Source: an uncultured bacterium (GTDB taxonomy: Bacteria > Desulfobacterota_D > UBA1144 > Nemesobacterales > UBA2774). From it: a stretch of DNA of 64,000 nucleotides. Under the pieces are notes generated by a model that worked only from the letters and a program-made list of their open reading frames with translations, had not been told where the DNA came from and made no database searches. Shown in pieces: positions 1-9,632 of this stretch (the first letter of the stretch is position 1; each line of letters starts with the position of its first letter). The stretch lies in the NCBI GenBank assembly GCA_963705505.1, contig CAVPJU010000006.1, positions 544,001-608,000 of the forward strand, in the 5' to 3' direction. The position numbers and the translations under genes were made by a program.

Positions 1-305
1 CAGGCGGCGTTCTCAGCAACTCTGCCATGGACTGAAATGGAATAATAGGACGCCGCTCCTTTCCACTCGCATACCGTCATTTTGGCGCTCGGTATGAGAT
101 ATTTCATTTCGATATCCTGCCGCGGGATGTAATACACAGGCGGGCTGCTCGTCTCGAGCACCCTTTTGGCGTCGGTCGAATCTGCGATCAGGATGTTATT
201 GAAAAAGACCTCGACGTGCTTATCGGTATCCTCGACACGAGGGGGTCTCGGGTAATCCCAGACGGATTCCTGCCCCGGCGCGGGCTCTATGCGTTTACGG
301 TTCAT
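1..305 (-). CDS. DUF427 family protein (runs off the left edge of the window)
   Basis: Manual translation from ATG at 305: MNRKRIEPAPGQESVWDYPRPPRVEDTDKHVEVFFNNILIADSTDAKRVLETSSPPVYYIP...CEWKGAASYY, showing the ESVWDYPRPP, ETSxPPxYYIP and CEWKG motifs of DUF427. Confidence 0.85.
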   Translation of the reverse strand, partial: MNRKRIEPAPGQESVWDYPRPPRVEDTDKHVEVFFNNILIADSTDAKRVLETSSPPVYYIPRQDIEMKYLIPSAKMTVCEWKGAASYYSISVHGRVAENAA

Positions 306-347
306 TCCAATATCGGTTTATCTTGTATATGCAAATAAGAAATAAGT

Positions 348-1310
348 CTAAATAACCTTTAAGTACTGAACGCTGAATTTTTTGCCCCTGTCTGTCCAGA
401 CCCTCTCAACGCTGAAAGAGTCCGAAACGAGCTCCCGGAAAGCTTCGAGCGTATACTTGTATGAGTATTCCGTCAATATTGTTTCGTCCTTTCTGAAACG
501 GAAGCTTGTGCCGTCGACTTTAACCCTCTGATTAATCCTGCTTTCGAGATGCATTTCTATCCTGCTTTCCGGAACATTGAAGAAGGCTTTGTGACTCCAC
601 CTGTCTACATCGAAATCAGTTCCGATTTCACGGTTTAATCTTTTTAAAATGTTGAGGTTAAATTCTGCCGTCACGCCCCTCACGTCGTTATACGCGTCTT
701 CGAGTGTCTTTATGTCTTTTACGAGGTCGACGCCTATAAGGAGGCCGCTTCCGCGCCCCGCCCGCTTTGCAATCCTCTTGAGGAAGCCGGATGCGGAATC
801 GGGAGAGAAGTTGCCGATAGTAGAGCCGGGGTAGAAAAAAACGGTCCGAGAGAAGGGGAAATCGAATCGGGGGAGGCTAAAGGGTTGAGTGTAGTCGGCA
901 TAAACGGGCATTATTCTCAATTTAGGATAGTCCTTTGCCAGCGTTTTTACGGACTCCATTAAATGCTCTTCGGAGATATCGATCGGTACGTAGCCCGAAG
1001 GGCTTCTGAGGTTATCGAGAAGTAATCTTATTTTTATACTGCTCCCGCTTCCCAGCTCCACTAGCAGGCAGTGCTTTCCCAGAAAGGAGCAGATCTCATC
1101 GATGTTCTCTTTCATTATTCCGATTTCGGTACGCGTCGGATAATACTCTTCCAGCTCGCAGATCTCATCGAATAGCGCGGAGCCCCTCTTGTCGTAGAAC
1201 AACTTGCAGGGGAGCTGTCTCTGCGGTTTTGCGAATCCCGCGAGCACCTCGTTTAAAAGGTTTTCTCTCTCGGGTTCGAATTTCTCTATTCTTAAGAGGT
1301 TCTTCTTCAT
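348..1310 (-). CDS. egtD: L-histidine N-alpha-trimethyltransferase (ergothioneine biosynthesis)
   Basis: LPCKLFYDxRGSALFDEICELEEYYPTRTE, VELGSGS, GSTIGNF, TEYSYKY motifs; adjacent to egtB. Confidence 0.95.
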   Translation of the reverse strand: MKKNLLRIEKFEPERENLLNEVLAGFAKPQRQLPCKLFYDKRGSALFDEICELEEYYPTRTEIGIMKENIDEICSFLGKHCLLVELGSGSSIKIRLLLDNLRSPSGYVPIDISEEHLMESVKTLAKDYPKLRIMPVYADYTQPFSLPRFDFPFSRTVFFYPGSTIGNFSPDSASGFLKRIAKRAGRGSGLLIGVDLVKDIKTLEDAYNDVRGVTAEFNLNILKRLNREIGTDFDVDRWSHKAFFNVPESRIEMHLESRINQRVKVDGTSFRFRKDETILTEYSYKYTLEAFRELVSDSFSVERVWTDRGKKFSVQYLKVI

Positions 1311-1357
1311 TCGATTATATATTAGATGATCGAGCAGGCTCTTTGGATTTGCTAAAT

Positions 1358-2704
1358 TTATGGTCGGATGAAATCTTTAGCCAGCCTTATTCCCATAAAC
1401 TGCCATCTCGCATCGGGAGGGAAGAAATTTCTGTATGTTTTTCTGATATGTGATTTCGACGTGGCACAGGAGCCCCCTCTCAGTACGAACTGGTTGCACA
1501 TGAATTTGCCGTTGTACTCACCGAGCGCCCCCGGGAGCGTTTTGAAACCGGGGTAGGATGTGTAGGGGCTCTGGGTCCATTCCCAGACGTCGCCGTATAT
1601 CTGACGGGGAGAGTTATCACCCTTAACCCCGGACCGGGCCTCGGGATGGAAGGTTTTGTCATCGGCGAAGTTCCCTTCTATAGGCAATTCGGCTGCGGCG
1701 ACCTCCCACTCGGCCTCGGTAGGCAGTCTTGCGCCCGCCCAGCGCGCATAAGCGTCGGCCTCGAAATATGAGACGTGACAGACGGGCTCTTCGGGATTTA
1801 CATTACGCATGCCGGATAACGTAAAATACACCCATTTTCCGTTCTTTCGTTCCCAATAAAAGGGCGCTTCCCAATTATTTGTTTCGACCGTGGCCCACCC
1901 CGCCGAGAGCCATAGCTCCGGAGTGCGGTAGCCCCCGTCTTCGATGAAGTCCATGTATTCGCCGTTCGTGATGAGCCGCGACTGAAGACGGAACGGCTCC
2001 AGATATACTTTGTGGAGAGGGAATTCGTTGTCATAGCCGAAACCTTTGCCATCGTGTCCTATGGAATAAATGCCTCCGGCGAAATCCAGCCATTTCGCGG
2101 GAGGAGTGTTTCCGGCGCTCTTTCCGTTCCCCGCTTTATCGCTCATGTAAGCCGGGCGGAGCGGATTCTCGGAAAATACGTGCTTTATATCTGTTACCAT
2201 CAGCTCCTGATGCTGCTGCTCGTGGTGAATGCCTATCTCTATCACGGGGGAGAATTCTTTCCATTCCTTTTCATCGGCATTGTCCATGAACGCGATCATA
2301 TGCTCATCTACGAAATTACGGTAATTATACGTCTCTTCGACGGTCGGTCTCGAGATAAGCCCGCGCTTGGGCCTGAGGTGCCTTTCGCCCGCCTGAACGT
2401 AGTATGAATTGAAGAGATAAGCGTACTGCGGGCTCGGCGACTTGTAACCTTTAACGGCTTTGGAAAGTACGAATGTTTCGAAGAACCAGCTCGTATGTGC
2501 AAGGTGCCATTTGGTCGGACTTACATCCGGCATCGACTGTATGACGTAATCCTCTATTTCAAGCGGCTCCGCGAGCGCGCCTGAAAAATCCCTTACTGTT
2601 TTATAGCTTTCCGTTAAAAATTCCCTCGACGGATTATTAATGCTGTTAAGCTCCGTATCGATTTGCGCATCATTTTTATCTCGGGATTTAATCTTGGTCG
2701 CCAT
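1358..2704 (-). CDS. egtB: Ergothioneine biosynthesis sulfoxide synthase
   Basis: QSMPDVSPTKWHLAHTSWFFE, HHEQQHQEL iron-binding motif, C-terminal FGE-sulfatase-like domain (RLPTEAEWE, YRNFFPP). Confidence 0.95.
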   Translation of the reverse strand: MATKIKSRDKNDAQIDTELNSINNPSREFLTESYKTVRDFSGALAEPLEIEDYVIQSMPDVSPTKWHLAHTSWFFETFVLSKAVKGYKSPSPQYAYLFNSYYVQAGERHLRPKRGLISRPTVEETYNYRNFVDEHMIAFMDNADEKEWKEFSPVIEIGIHHEQQHQELMVTDIKHVFSENPLRPAYMSDKAGNGKSAGNTPPAKWLDFAGGIYSIGHDGKGFGYDNEFPLHKVYLEPFRLQSRLITNGEYMDFIEDGGYRTPELWLSAGWATVETNNWEAPFYWERKNGKWVYFTLSGMRNVNPEEPVCHVSYFEADAYARWAGARLPTEAEWEVAAAELPIEGNFADDKTFHPEARSGVKGDNSPRQIYGDVWEWTQSPYTSYPGFKTLPGALGEYNGKFMCNQFVLRGGSCATSKSHIRKTYRNFFPPDARWQFMGIRLAKDFIRP

Positions 2705-2811
2705 ATCGGTTCTCCCGGGGATTATGCCCCTTCCGTTTTTGGACGGGCAGGACTTTTAAATCTGGAACCCTGTATATGCACAAATGTTAATTGTAACAAA
2801 TAGTCATGTTT

Positions 2812-2856
2812 ATTAAAAGCATGTAATTATTAAGATAGTGTTAAAGGCGGCTTAAA
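2812..2856 (-). promoter_or_regulatory. Putative Pho-box-like array plus -10 upstream of egtB
   Basis: Minus strand TTTAAGC-N4-TTTAACA-N4-CTTAATA-N10-TTTAAT, nearly the same architecture as the pstS promoter. Confidence 0.4.
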
Positions 2857-2941
2857 AATAAATGGACAATAAAATCAGTTAAGCGGGGAGCGGGTCAGGA
2901 TACTTGCATAGCCGATTAACGACGGGCGGACGAAGAGTTAA

Positions 2942-3565
2942 TTAATTCTCTCTCACTTCCTTGAGCTTCCGGATGAGCCCCTTAATCTCCTCGGATTTGA
3001 CCTTCATGCTCACCCTGTTTACCACCAGTCGCGCGGAAATATCCGCTATAGTTTCGAACTCTATGAGGTTGTTTTTCTTAAGCGTTTCCCCCGTCGCGGT
3101 CAAGTCCACAATCACGTCCGAGAGTCCCACTATAGGCGCAAGCTCGACGGAGCCGTAGAGCTTGACGATTTCGGCTCCCACTCCCTTTCCCGAGAAGTGC
3201 TCGTGGGATATTCTCGGGTATTTAGTAGCAATTCTAAGGGACCTCGTCGAGGAGTATTCAAAACCCTTGGGCGCCGCGACTACGAGCTTGCATTTTCCTA
3301 TGCCGAGGTCGAGGGGCTCGTAGAGGTCGTGTTTTTCTTCCATGAGTGTATCCACGCCGACTATGCCGCAATCGGCTGCCCCGTATTCGACATAGGGGGG
3401 TATATCAGTCGGGCGTATTATCAGTATCTTCAGCTTTAGCGAAGGGTATTCGAAGATCAGCTTCCTCGAATCCTTTAATATGTTGTCCACGGGATAACCC
3501 GCCTTTTTCAAAAGAGTCACTTCCTCGTCGAGCAGCCTTCCCCTTGCTATCGCAAGCGTTATCAT
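2942..3565 (-). CDS. hisG: ATP phosphoribosyltransferase, short form (HisZ-dependent)
   Basis: IATKYP, KLYGSVELAP, IVDLTATGETL motifs; 207 aa, lacks the C-terminal regulatory domain. Confidence 0.95.
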   Translation of the reverse strand: MITLAIARGRLLDEEVTLLKKAGYPVDNILKDSRKLIFEYPSLKLKILIIRPTDIPPYVEYGAADCGIVGVDTLMEEKHDLYEPLDLGIGKCKLVVAAPKGFEYSSTRSLRIATKYPRISHEHFSGKGVGAEIVKLYGSVELAPIVGLSDVIVDLTATGETLKKNNLIEFETIADISARLVVNRVSMKVKSEEIKGLIRKLKEVREN

Positions 3566-4818
3566 TCTTTCTCCCTCCAGATACTGGCTCCTAAAGATTC
3601 GAGTTTGCTGTCTAGTTTTTCGTAGCCCCTGTCCAGGTGATACACCCTTGATATCTCGGTTTTTCCGACCGCGGCGAGTCCCGCCAGAACGAGAGAGGCG
3701 CTCGCTCTCAGATCGCTCGCCATCGTGGGCGCGCCGCTCAGGTGCCTGACGCCCCTCACGACAGCGCTGTTCCCGACGAGCTTTATGTCCGCGCCCATCC
3801 TCCTCAGCTCGCCCGCGTGGAGGAACCGCTGCGGGAATATGGTTTCGGTGAGCACGCTGAGCCCGTCCGCGGTGCTCATGAGCGTCATCATCTGCGCCTG
3901 CATGTCAGTCGGGAAGCCGGGGTAGGGCAGGGTGGTGATATCGGTACTTTTTAATTCTCCGTCAGACTTCACCCTTATACCGCCGTCCTCACGGGTAATT
4001 TGTGTGCCTATTTCGATAAGCTTCCCGATGAGGGCGCCCATGTTCTCAAAGCGGCAGTTCTTAATCAGCAGGTCCCCTTTGGTCAGCACTGAGGCTATCA
4101 TGTATGTTCCAGCCTCAATCCTGTCGGGCATTACTTCGTAGTCTTTGAGGGGTGAAAGCGTTCTTACGCCTCTTATCGTGATTATGTCCGTCCCAATGCC
4201 TTTTATATCGGCGCCCATTTTGTTGAGCGAAGTAGCGAGGTCGGTAACCTCGGGCTCGCATGCCGCGTTAAGCAGTATTGTTTCTCCCTCCGCGAGCACC
4301 GAAGAGAGGATGAGGTTTTCGGTCCCCGTCACTGTCGACACGTCAAACGGTATGATGCCGCCCGTGAGCTTGGGCGCATTCGTTTCGACATAGCCTTCCT
4401 CGATCTGGATTTTTGATCCCAGGATGCTGAGACCTTTTAGGTGCTGGTCTATGGGCCTCTCGCCTATCGCGCAGCCGCCGGGAAGCGATACGCGGGCTTT
4501 GCCGAACCGGGCAGTGAGGGGCCCGAGCACGAGGACCGAAGCGCGCATCGTTTTAACGAGGTCGTAAGGTGCCTCCCAGCTATTTAAGTTCGTCGTGTCT
4601 ATGGAAAGAGTTCCCTTGTCGTATTCGACATCGGCTCCCAGTATCTGGAGAAGCTTTGCCATAGTCCTCACGTCGGCGAGGTCGGGGACATTGGTAAGGA
4701 TATGCTCACCCTCAGCCAGAATGCACGCGGCCATCAAGGGTAAAACTGCGTTTTTGGCCCCGCTGACTATGACTTCGCCTGCAAGCCTCTTTCCGCCTTC
4801 GACTATTATTTTTTCCAT
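3562..4818 (-). CDS. murA: UDP-N-acetylglucosamine 1-carboxyvinyltransferase
   Basis: SGAKNAVLP, LPGGCAIGERPIDQH, PGFPTDMQAQ, YHLDRGYE. Confidence 0.97.
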   Translation of the reverse strand: MEKIIVEGGKRLAGEVIVSGAKNAVLPLMAACILAEGEHILTNVPDLADVRTMAKLLQILGADVEYDKGTLSIDTTNLNSWEAPYDLVKTMRASVLVLGPLTARFGKARVSLPGGCAIGERPIDQHLKGLSILGSKIQIEEGYVETNAPKLTGGIIPFDVSTVTGTENLILSSVLAEGETILLNAACEPEVTDLATSLNKMGADIKGIGTDIITIRGVRTLSPLKDYEVMPDRIEAGTYMIASVLTKGDLLIKNCRFENMGALIGKLIEIGTQITREDGGIRVKSDGELKSTDITTLPYPGFPTDMQAQMMTLMSTADGLSVLTETIFPQRFLHAGELRRMGADIKLVGNSAVVRGVRHLSGAPTMASDLRASASLVLAGLAAVGKTEISRVYHLDRGYEKLDSKLESLGASIWREKE

Positions 4819-5670
4819 CTGGCTCTCACAACCCTCTCTATATCGTTAATGTCTCTTGAGGAGGAAATCTCCGTGAATCCGGCCTCTCGGAAAAGCGTTT
4901 CTACCGCGGATAACTGTCCCGCGCCTATTTCCAGCAGGCACCATCCGCCGTTTTTCAGAATATATGCCGCACCCGGGATTATCTGCCTGATAAAATATAG
5001 ACCGTCCTCTCCTGCAATCAGGGACGAGCGCGGCTCAAAGTCCTTTATTTCGGGAGGCAGGGCTTTAAACTCCCGCTCGGAGATATAGGGCGGATTAGAT
5101 GCGACTATGTCGAATGCGTCTTTTTTAAACGGGTCCGTCAGGTTGCCGCGGACAAATAATATTTTATCGCGGGAACCGTGCCTCCGGGCGTTTTTTGCGG
5201 CTAATGCGAGGGCTTCGGGCGAAATGTCGGCACCGTATATTTTTGCATCTTTCAATTCACATGCCAGGGTTACCGCGACGCACCCGCTCCCCGTGCCTAT
5301 ATCCAGTATCGCGGGTCTCTCCATGCCGTCCGCCGCTCTCAGCGTCTCTTCGACGAGGAGCTCCGTTTCCGGCTCTCGGAATCAATACGCTTCTCTCAAT
5401 CGAAAATGTCCTCGAGTAAAATTCCTTTTCGCCCGTTATATAGGCCATGGGCTCGTTTTTGATTCTTCTTTCCATAAGCCGGTTGAATACGTCGACTTTT
5501 ACCTGATCAAGCTCCTTTTCGGGATGGGCATAGATTTCCGAAATATCCTTGATGGCGCTCGACTTTGAAAGCAGGATAGACGTTTCGAGGGCGGGATTCT
5601 CTATGAGATGCCGCTTCATGTTTTCCTTGCCGTATTGATAGAGGTCCTTCAAGTGCATGTTTTTACTCAT
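4806..5670 (-). CDS. prmC: Release factor glutamine methyltransferase, split by a 1-nt frameshift near 5375
   Basis: N-terminal half ends at EPMAYITGEKEFY...VLIPR; the other frame continues PETELLVE...ILDIGTGSG...SNPPYI. Probably a sequence error. Confidence 0.9.
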
Positions 5671-5860
5671 TTACCTTCAAAAAGCTAAGAGTTTATACGT
5701 ATACCGTATCTTTTCAAGGAAATTATACTATACTCGCGAAAGCATCTCCTTATTGAAGGCGATTTGAGGTTTGCCTGTTGGGACTGAGAGCGTCCGGAAG
5801 GGACAAAATCATGATAATGTTTCTGGAATTTCCGCCTTTTAGCGGTTCGGATAATGCGGG

Positions 5861-6523
5861 CTACTCTCTTTGAAACGAGTGGTGTTTCAGGGTTTTTCCG
5901 CTCGCAATATAGTACGTATCCTCGGCTATATTCGTAGCGAGGTCGGCGACCCGCTCTATCTCCCTGGCTATGAGAATAATGGTCAGGGATCTGTCTATTG
6001 TCTGAGGGTCGGCGATCATATATGTAACGAGCTCCCTCACTATCTGGGGCTCGAGCGCATCGACTTCGTCGTCTCTCTTGCATACATCTATCGCCAGCTG
6101 GGCGTCTTTATTGACGAAGGCGTCCAGGCTTTCCTGAAGCATCTGTATGGCCTTGTCAGCCATCTTGGGGATGTCTATCAGCGGCTTTACGGGGGGTTTG
6201 TCGGCGAGGTAGATCGTTTTTTCCGCGATGTTGACGGCGTGGTCCCCGATCCTTTCGAGGTCGTTGTTTATCTTCATGATCATGGAGACCGTTCTTAAAT
6301 CCTCCGCTTCGGGGTGATAGAGGGCGAGTATCTTTATGCACTGGTTATCTATATCGATTTCCATTTCATTGATCTTGGCGTCGCTCTTTATTACTTCCTC
6401 GGCCATAATCATGTTACGGTCTTTCAAAGCTTTGATGCTTTTAGCGATCATCTCTTCGACCGAGGTTGCCATTTCGAATAGCATTTTTTTTAATTTGCTG
6501 ATCTCTTCTTCGAGTCTAACCAT
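5861..6523 (-). CDS. phoU: Phosphate signalling complex protein PhoU
   Basis: DLERIGDHAVNIAE and ERVADLATNIAE repeats; at the end of the pst operon. Confidence 0.95.
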   Translation of the reverse strand: MVRLEEEISKLKKMLFEMATSVEEMIAKSIKALKDRNMIMAEEVIKSDAKINEMEIDIDNQCIKILALYHPEAEDLRTVSMIMKINNDLERIGDHAVNIAEKTIYLADKPPVKPLIDIPKMADKAIQMLQESLDAFVNKDAQLAIDVCKRDDEVDALEPQIVRELVTYMIADPQTIDRSLTIILIAREIERVADLATNIAEDTYYIASGKTLKHHSFQRE

Positions 6524-6565
6524 TTTTTCCCCGGCTGGTTTTTCCGAGCATCGATTTGAGGGCGG

Positions 6566-6991
6566 TTAATTCCCGTCAAACTCGGACTGTATCCAGCACT
6601 TTATTTCATCCCTTACCGTTCTGAAGCCGGCCAGTATCTCCTCGTCCTTGCCTCTGAATCTGGTGGGGTCTGCGAAACCCCTGTGGATATGCTTGTTTCC
6701 CCCCGCGAAAAAAGGGCAGGCCTCATTTGCCTGATCGCATACCGTGACGACATAATCGAAATTCATGTCCGCGAACCTGTCGAGGTTTTTGGAAGTGTGC
6801 TCCGTGATGTCAATCCCGATTTCCTCCATGGTCCGGATGGCATAGGGATTCACACGGGATGGCTCCGTGCCTGCACTGTAGACGTCGAACTTGTCGCCGT
6901 ATAAACTTCTCAATATTCCTTCCGCCATTTGCGACCGTGCGGAATTGTGTGTACAGATGAAAATTACTTTTATCTTATCTTCATTGGACAT
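6566..6991 (-). CDS. arsC: Arsenate reductase, thioredoxin-coupled (LMW-PTP fold)
   Basis: CTHNSARSQMAEG P-loop and VTVCDQANEACP cysteine pair. Confidence 0.88.
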   Translation of the reverse strand: MSNEDKIKVIFICTHNSARSQMAEGILRSLYGDKFDVYSAGTEPSRVNPYAIRTMEEIGIDITEHTSKNLDRFADMNFDYVVTVCDQANEACPFFAGGNKHIHRGFADPTRFRGKDEEILAGFRTVRDEIKCWIQSEFDGN

Positions 6992-7057
6992 TTATTCCCT
7001 TCCGATAAAAAAGATAATTTCACAGAGAGGAGCTAATTGTCGGATGAAGGTCTGTTA

Positions 7058-7930
7058 TTATCCGAATTTGCCGGAGACGTAGTCTTCTGTCTGTTTAAGT
7101 TTGGGATTGAGGAATATCGTCTCGGTCGTGTCGTACTCAATAAGCTCTCCCAGGTACATAAAAGCTGTGTAATCGGATACGCGGGAAGCCTGCTGCATGT
7201 TGTGAGTGACGATAACTATCGTGTAATTCGATTTCAGCTCCGTAATGAGGTCTTCGATTTTTCCGGTCGCTATGGGGTCAAGTGCCGAGCAGGGTTCGTC
7301 CATGAGGAGCACCTCGGGCTCGACCGCTATGGCTCTTGCGATGCACAGTCTCTGCATCTGGCCCCCGGATATCCCTAATGCGCTTTCGTGCAGCCTGTCA
7401 TGCACTTCGTCCCAGAGCGCCGCACCCTTCAAGCTCTTCTCGACTATTTCGTCCAAAACTGATTTTCTATTTTCACCTGCTATTCTCGCTCCGTATGCGA
7501 CGTTTTCGTAGATGGATTTAGGAAAGGGGTTTGATTTTTGAAAGACCATTCCCACGTTTTTTCTAAGCTCGGTTATATCCACGCTGGGGTCGTGTATGTC
7601 TTCGCCGTCTATCAGTATTTCTCCCTCGACCCGGGCTGCGTCAACGAGGTCGTTCAGGCGGTTAAAGCAGCGGAGCAGCGTTGACTTGCCGCACCCTGAC
7701 GGTCCTATGAACGCCGTAGCCTTATTTTTCGGTATGTCCATGTAGATATTCTTTAATGCCTGTTTTCCCCCGTAGTACAGGTTCACATCGTTAACCTGTA
7801 CGATGGGGTCAGGCACCTTGAATTTGCTCGATTTGGGATCCCCGTGCACCTTAATCTGATCCGGGGTTCGGCTTTCGGGCGCTTCCTTTACATTCTCCGT
7901 AATCACTTTTGTTTCGACCTCCTCAGTCAC
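7058..7930 (-). CDS. pstB: Phosphate ABC transporter ATP-binding protein
   Basis: [44 protein letters not shown]. Confidence 0.97.
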   Translation of the reverse strand: MTEEVETKVITENVKEAPESRTPDQIKVHGDPKSSKFKVPDPIVQVNDVNLYYGGKQALKNIYMDIPKNKATAFIGPSGCGKSTLLRCFNRLNDLVDAARVEGEILIDGEDIHDPSVDITELRKNVGMVFQKSNPFPKSIYENVAYGARIAGENRKSVLDEIVEKSLKGAALWDEVHDRLHESALGISGGQMQRLCIARAIAVEPEVLLMDEPCSALDPIATGKIEDLITELKSNYTIVIVTHNMQQASRVSDYTAFMYLGELIEYDTTETIFLNPKLKQTEDYVSGKFG

Positions 7931-7962
7931 ATACCGCGGAGCAAATTATAATATAACATCTA

Positions 7963-9585
7963 TTAGACTGCCGAGGTAGTATATTTTTTTCTCAGACGGT
8001 TTCTGACAAGAATAGCAGTCATGTTTAAAGCAACGACAATTAATATTAAGAGAAGGGCGGTTGTAAATACCATGGGTTTTGCTGCCTCGACGTTGGGGGA
8101 CTGAAAACCCACATCATATATATGAAACCCGAGATGCATGAACTTTCTTTCGAGGTGCACGTAAGGGAAATAGCCGTCTATAGGCAGCTGTGGGGCAAGC
8201 TTGACGACCCCGGTGATCATAAGCGGCGCGACCTCACCCGTCGCCCTCGCGATCGCCAGTATAAGGCCCGTCAGTATGGCCGGCATCGCGCTGGGTATGA
8301 CGATTTTCCAAGTGGTTTCGAATTTAGTCGCACCCAGGGCAAGGGAGCCGTCCCGTATCTCCTTGGGCACCGCCGCGAGGCCCTCTTCGGTCGCGACAAT
8401 GACTACGGGAACGGTAAGGAGTGCGAGTGTCAGAGACGCCCAGAGTATGCCTCCGGTCCCGAACGTGGGGTTGGGCAGGGCTTCTTTGAAGAAAATCTGG
8501 TCTATCGTACTTCCCATGCCGTATATGAAGAACCCTACGGCGAAAACTCCGAACACGATGGAGGGGACGCCCGCAAGGTTATTAACGCATATCCTGACAA
8601 GCCTCACGAGTACGCCCTGCTTTGCATACTCCCTCAGGTATAAAGCCGCGAGAACTCCGAAGGGCAGCACCACTATGCTCATCAAGAACACCATCATTAC
8701 CGTGCCGAATATCGCCGGGAAGACGCCGCCTTCGGTGTTCGCCTCCCTGGGTTCTTCGGAGACGAATTCCCATACATTTGCTATATATAGGGAAAGCTTT
8801 TGAAACCAATTCATTGCGTTCGGTCTGTAAGCGTTTACAATAGTCCCGACCGGCATTTCTTTCTCTCTTCCGTCAATGGACGTCATTACAAACTTTTCTT
8901 TATTAAACTCCTGATAAAGTGAAGTGAGTCTATTTTCCTGTTCCTTGTATTTAATCTCCTGTTCTTTTACCTCGGCCTCGAGTTTGTTGATTTTTTCCTG
9001 ATTATTTCCCCCTTTGAGCTGAAGCCCTTTGAGATGGAGCCTGAGGTCTTCCATTTTCATGTTAATTCCGCCGATTGCACCCTTTTCAATCGACCTTATT
9101 TCATTATATATTTTTTTGTATTTAGGGATTTGGGCTTCGAGCACCGGCCAGCATTCCTCATTGCCGCTGCAGACAACGTTTCCGCTCTCGGTGACTTCTT
9201 TTATGAATCCGTACATGTTGCCCCACTCTCTGCGTTCGAGAACCACGGCGTATTTGGGATGGGTTGTATTCTCTATCTGGTCGTCGTCCACCCATTTGAA
9301 ATCGAGGCCGTATAGATCCCTGTTCCCGATCTTGAGCTGTGTCCTGTATATTTGAGGAGCCTCGGGTCCGGCATTATAACCCTTTACGTTTTCGTGGCCG
9401 GTGATTACACCCATAAGCTTTGTGCCGTCCTTAAGGTCGAGCTGAGCAAGACCGGAAGGCCAGAAGAACCCGAGACCCTTGGCGGCTATGAGGTAAAGGA
9501 GGCCAGCAATCATCAGGAGTGAAAACATCAGGGCAACGCCCGAAAGCCATACGAAAGGATCACCGCTTTTCCAGAATTTATGCAT
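7963..9585 (-). CDS. pstA: Phosphate ABC transporter permease, long form with periplasmic insert
   Basis: EPREANTEGGVFPAIFGT, NNLAGVPSIVFG, ARATGEVAPL. Confidence 0.95.
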   Translation of the reverse strand: MHKFWKSGDPFVWLSGVALMFSLLMIAGLLYLIAAKGLGFFWPSGLAQLDLKDGTKLMGVITGHENVKGYNAGPEAPQIYRTQLKIGNRDLYGLDFKWVDDDQIENTTHPKYAVVLERREWGNMYGFIKEVTESGNVVCSGNEECWPVLEAQIPKYKKIYNEIRSIEKGAIGGINMKMEDLRLHLKGLQLKGGNNQEKINKLEAEVKEQEIKYKEQENRLTSLYQEFNKEKFVMTSIDGREKEMPVGTIVNAYRPNAMNWFQKLSLYIANVWEFVSEEPREANTEGGVFPAIFGTVMMVFLMSIVVLPFGVLAALYLREYAKQGVLVRLVRICVNNLAGVPSIVFGVFAVGFFIYGMGSTIDQIFFKEALPNPTFGTGGILWASLTLALLTVPVVIVATEEGLAAVPKEIRDGSLALGATKFETTWKIVIPSAMPAILTGLILAIARATGEVAPLMITGVVKLAPQLPIDGYFPYVHLERKFMHLGFHIYDVGFQSPNVEAAKPMVFTTALLLILIVVALNMTAILVRNRLRKKYTTSAV

Positions 9586-9632
9586 TTGCTCTGCCTCTAT
9601 TTATTCAGTCGCATTAATCTGATCAATATTAT

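Noticed and set aside
1358..2704. Selenoneine synthase (SenA) interpretation of the EgtB-like gene
   Set aside because: No selenophosphate synthetase or SenB-like glycosyltransferase adjacent; pairing with egtD fits ergothioneine
5685..6083. 132-aa minus-strand ORF overlapping phoU
   Set aside because: Alternate frame of phoU with no recognisable motifs
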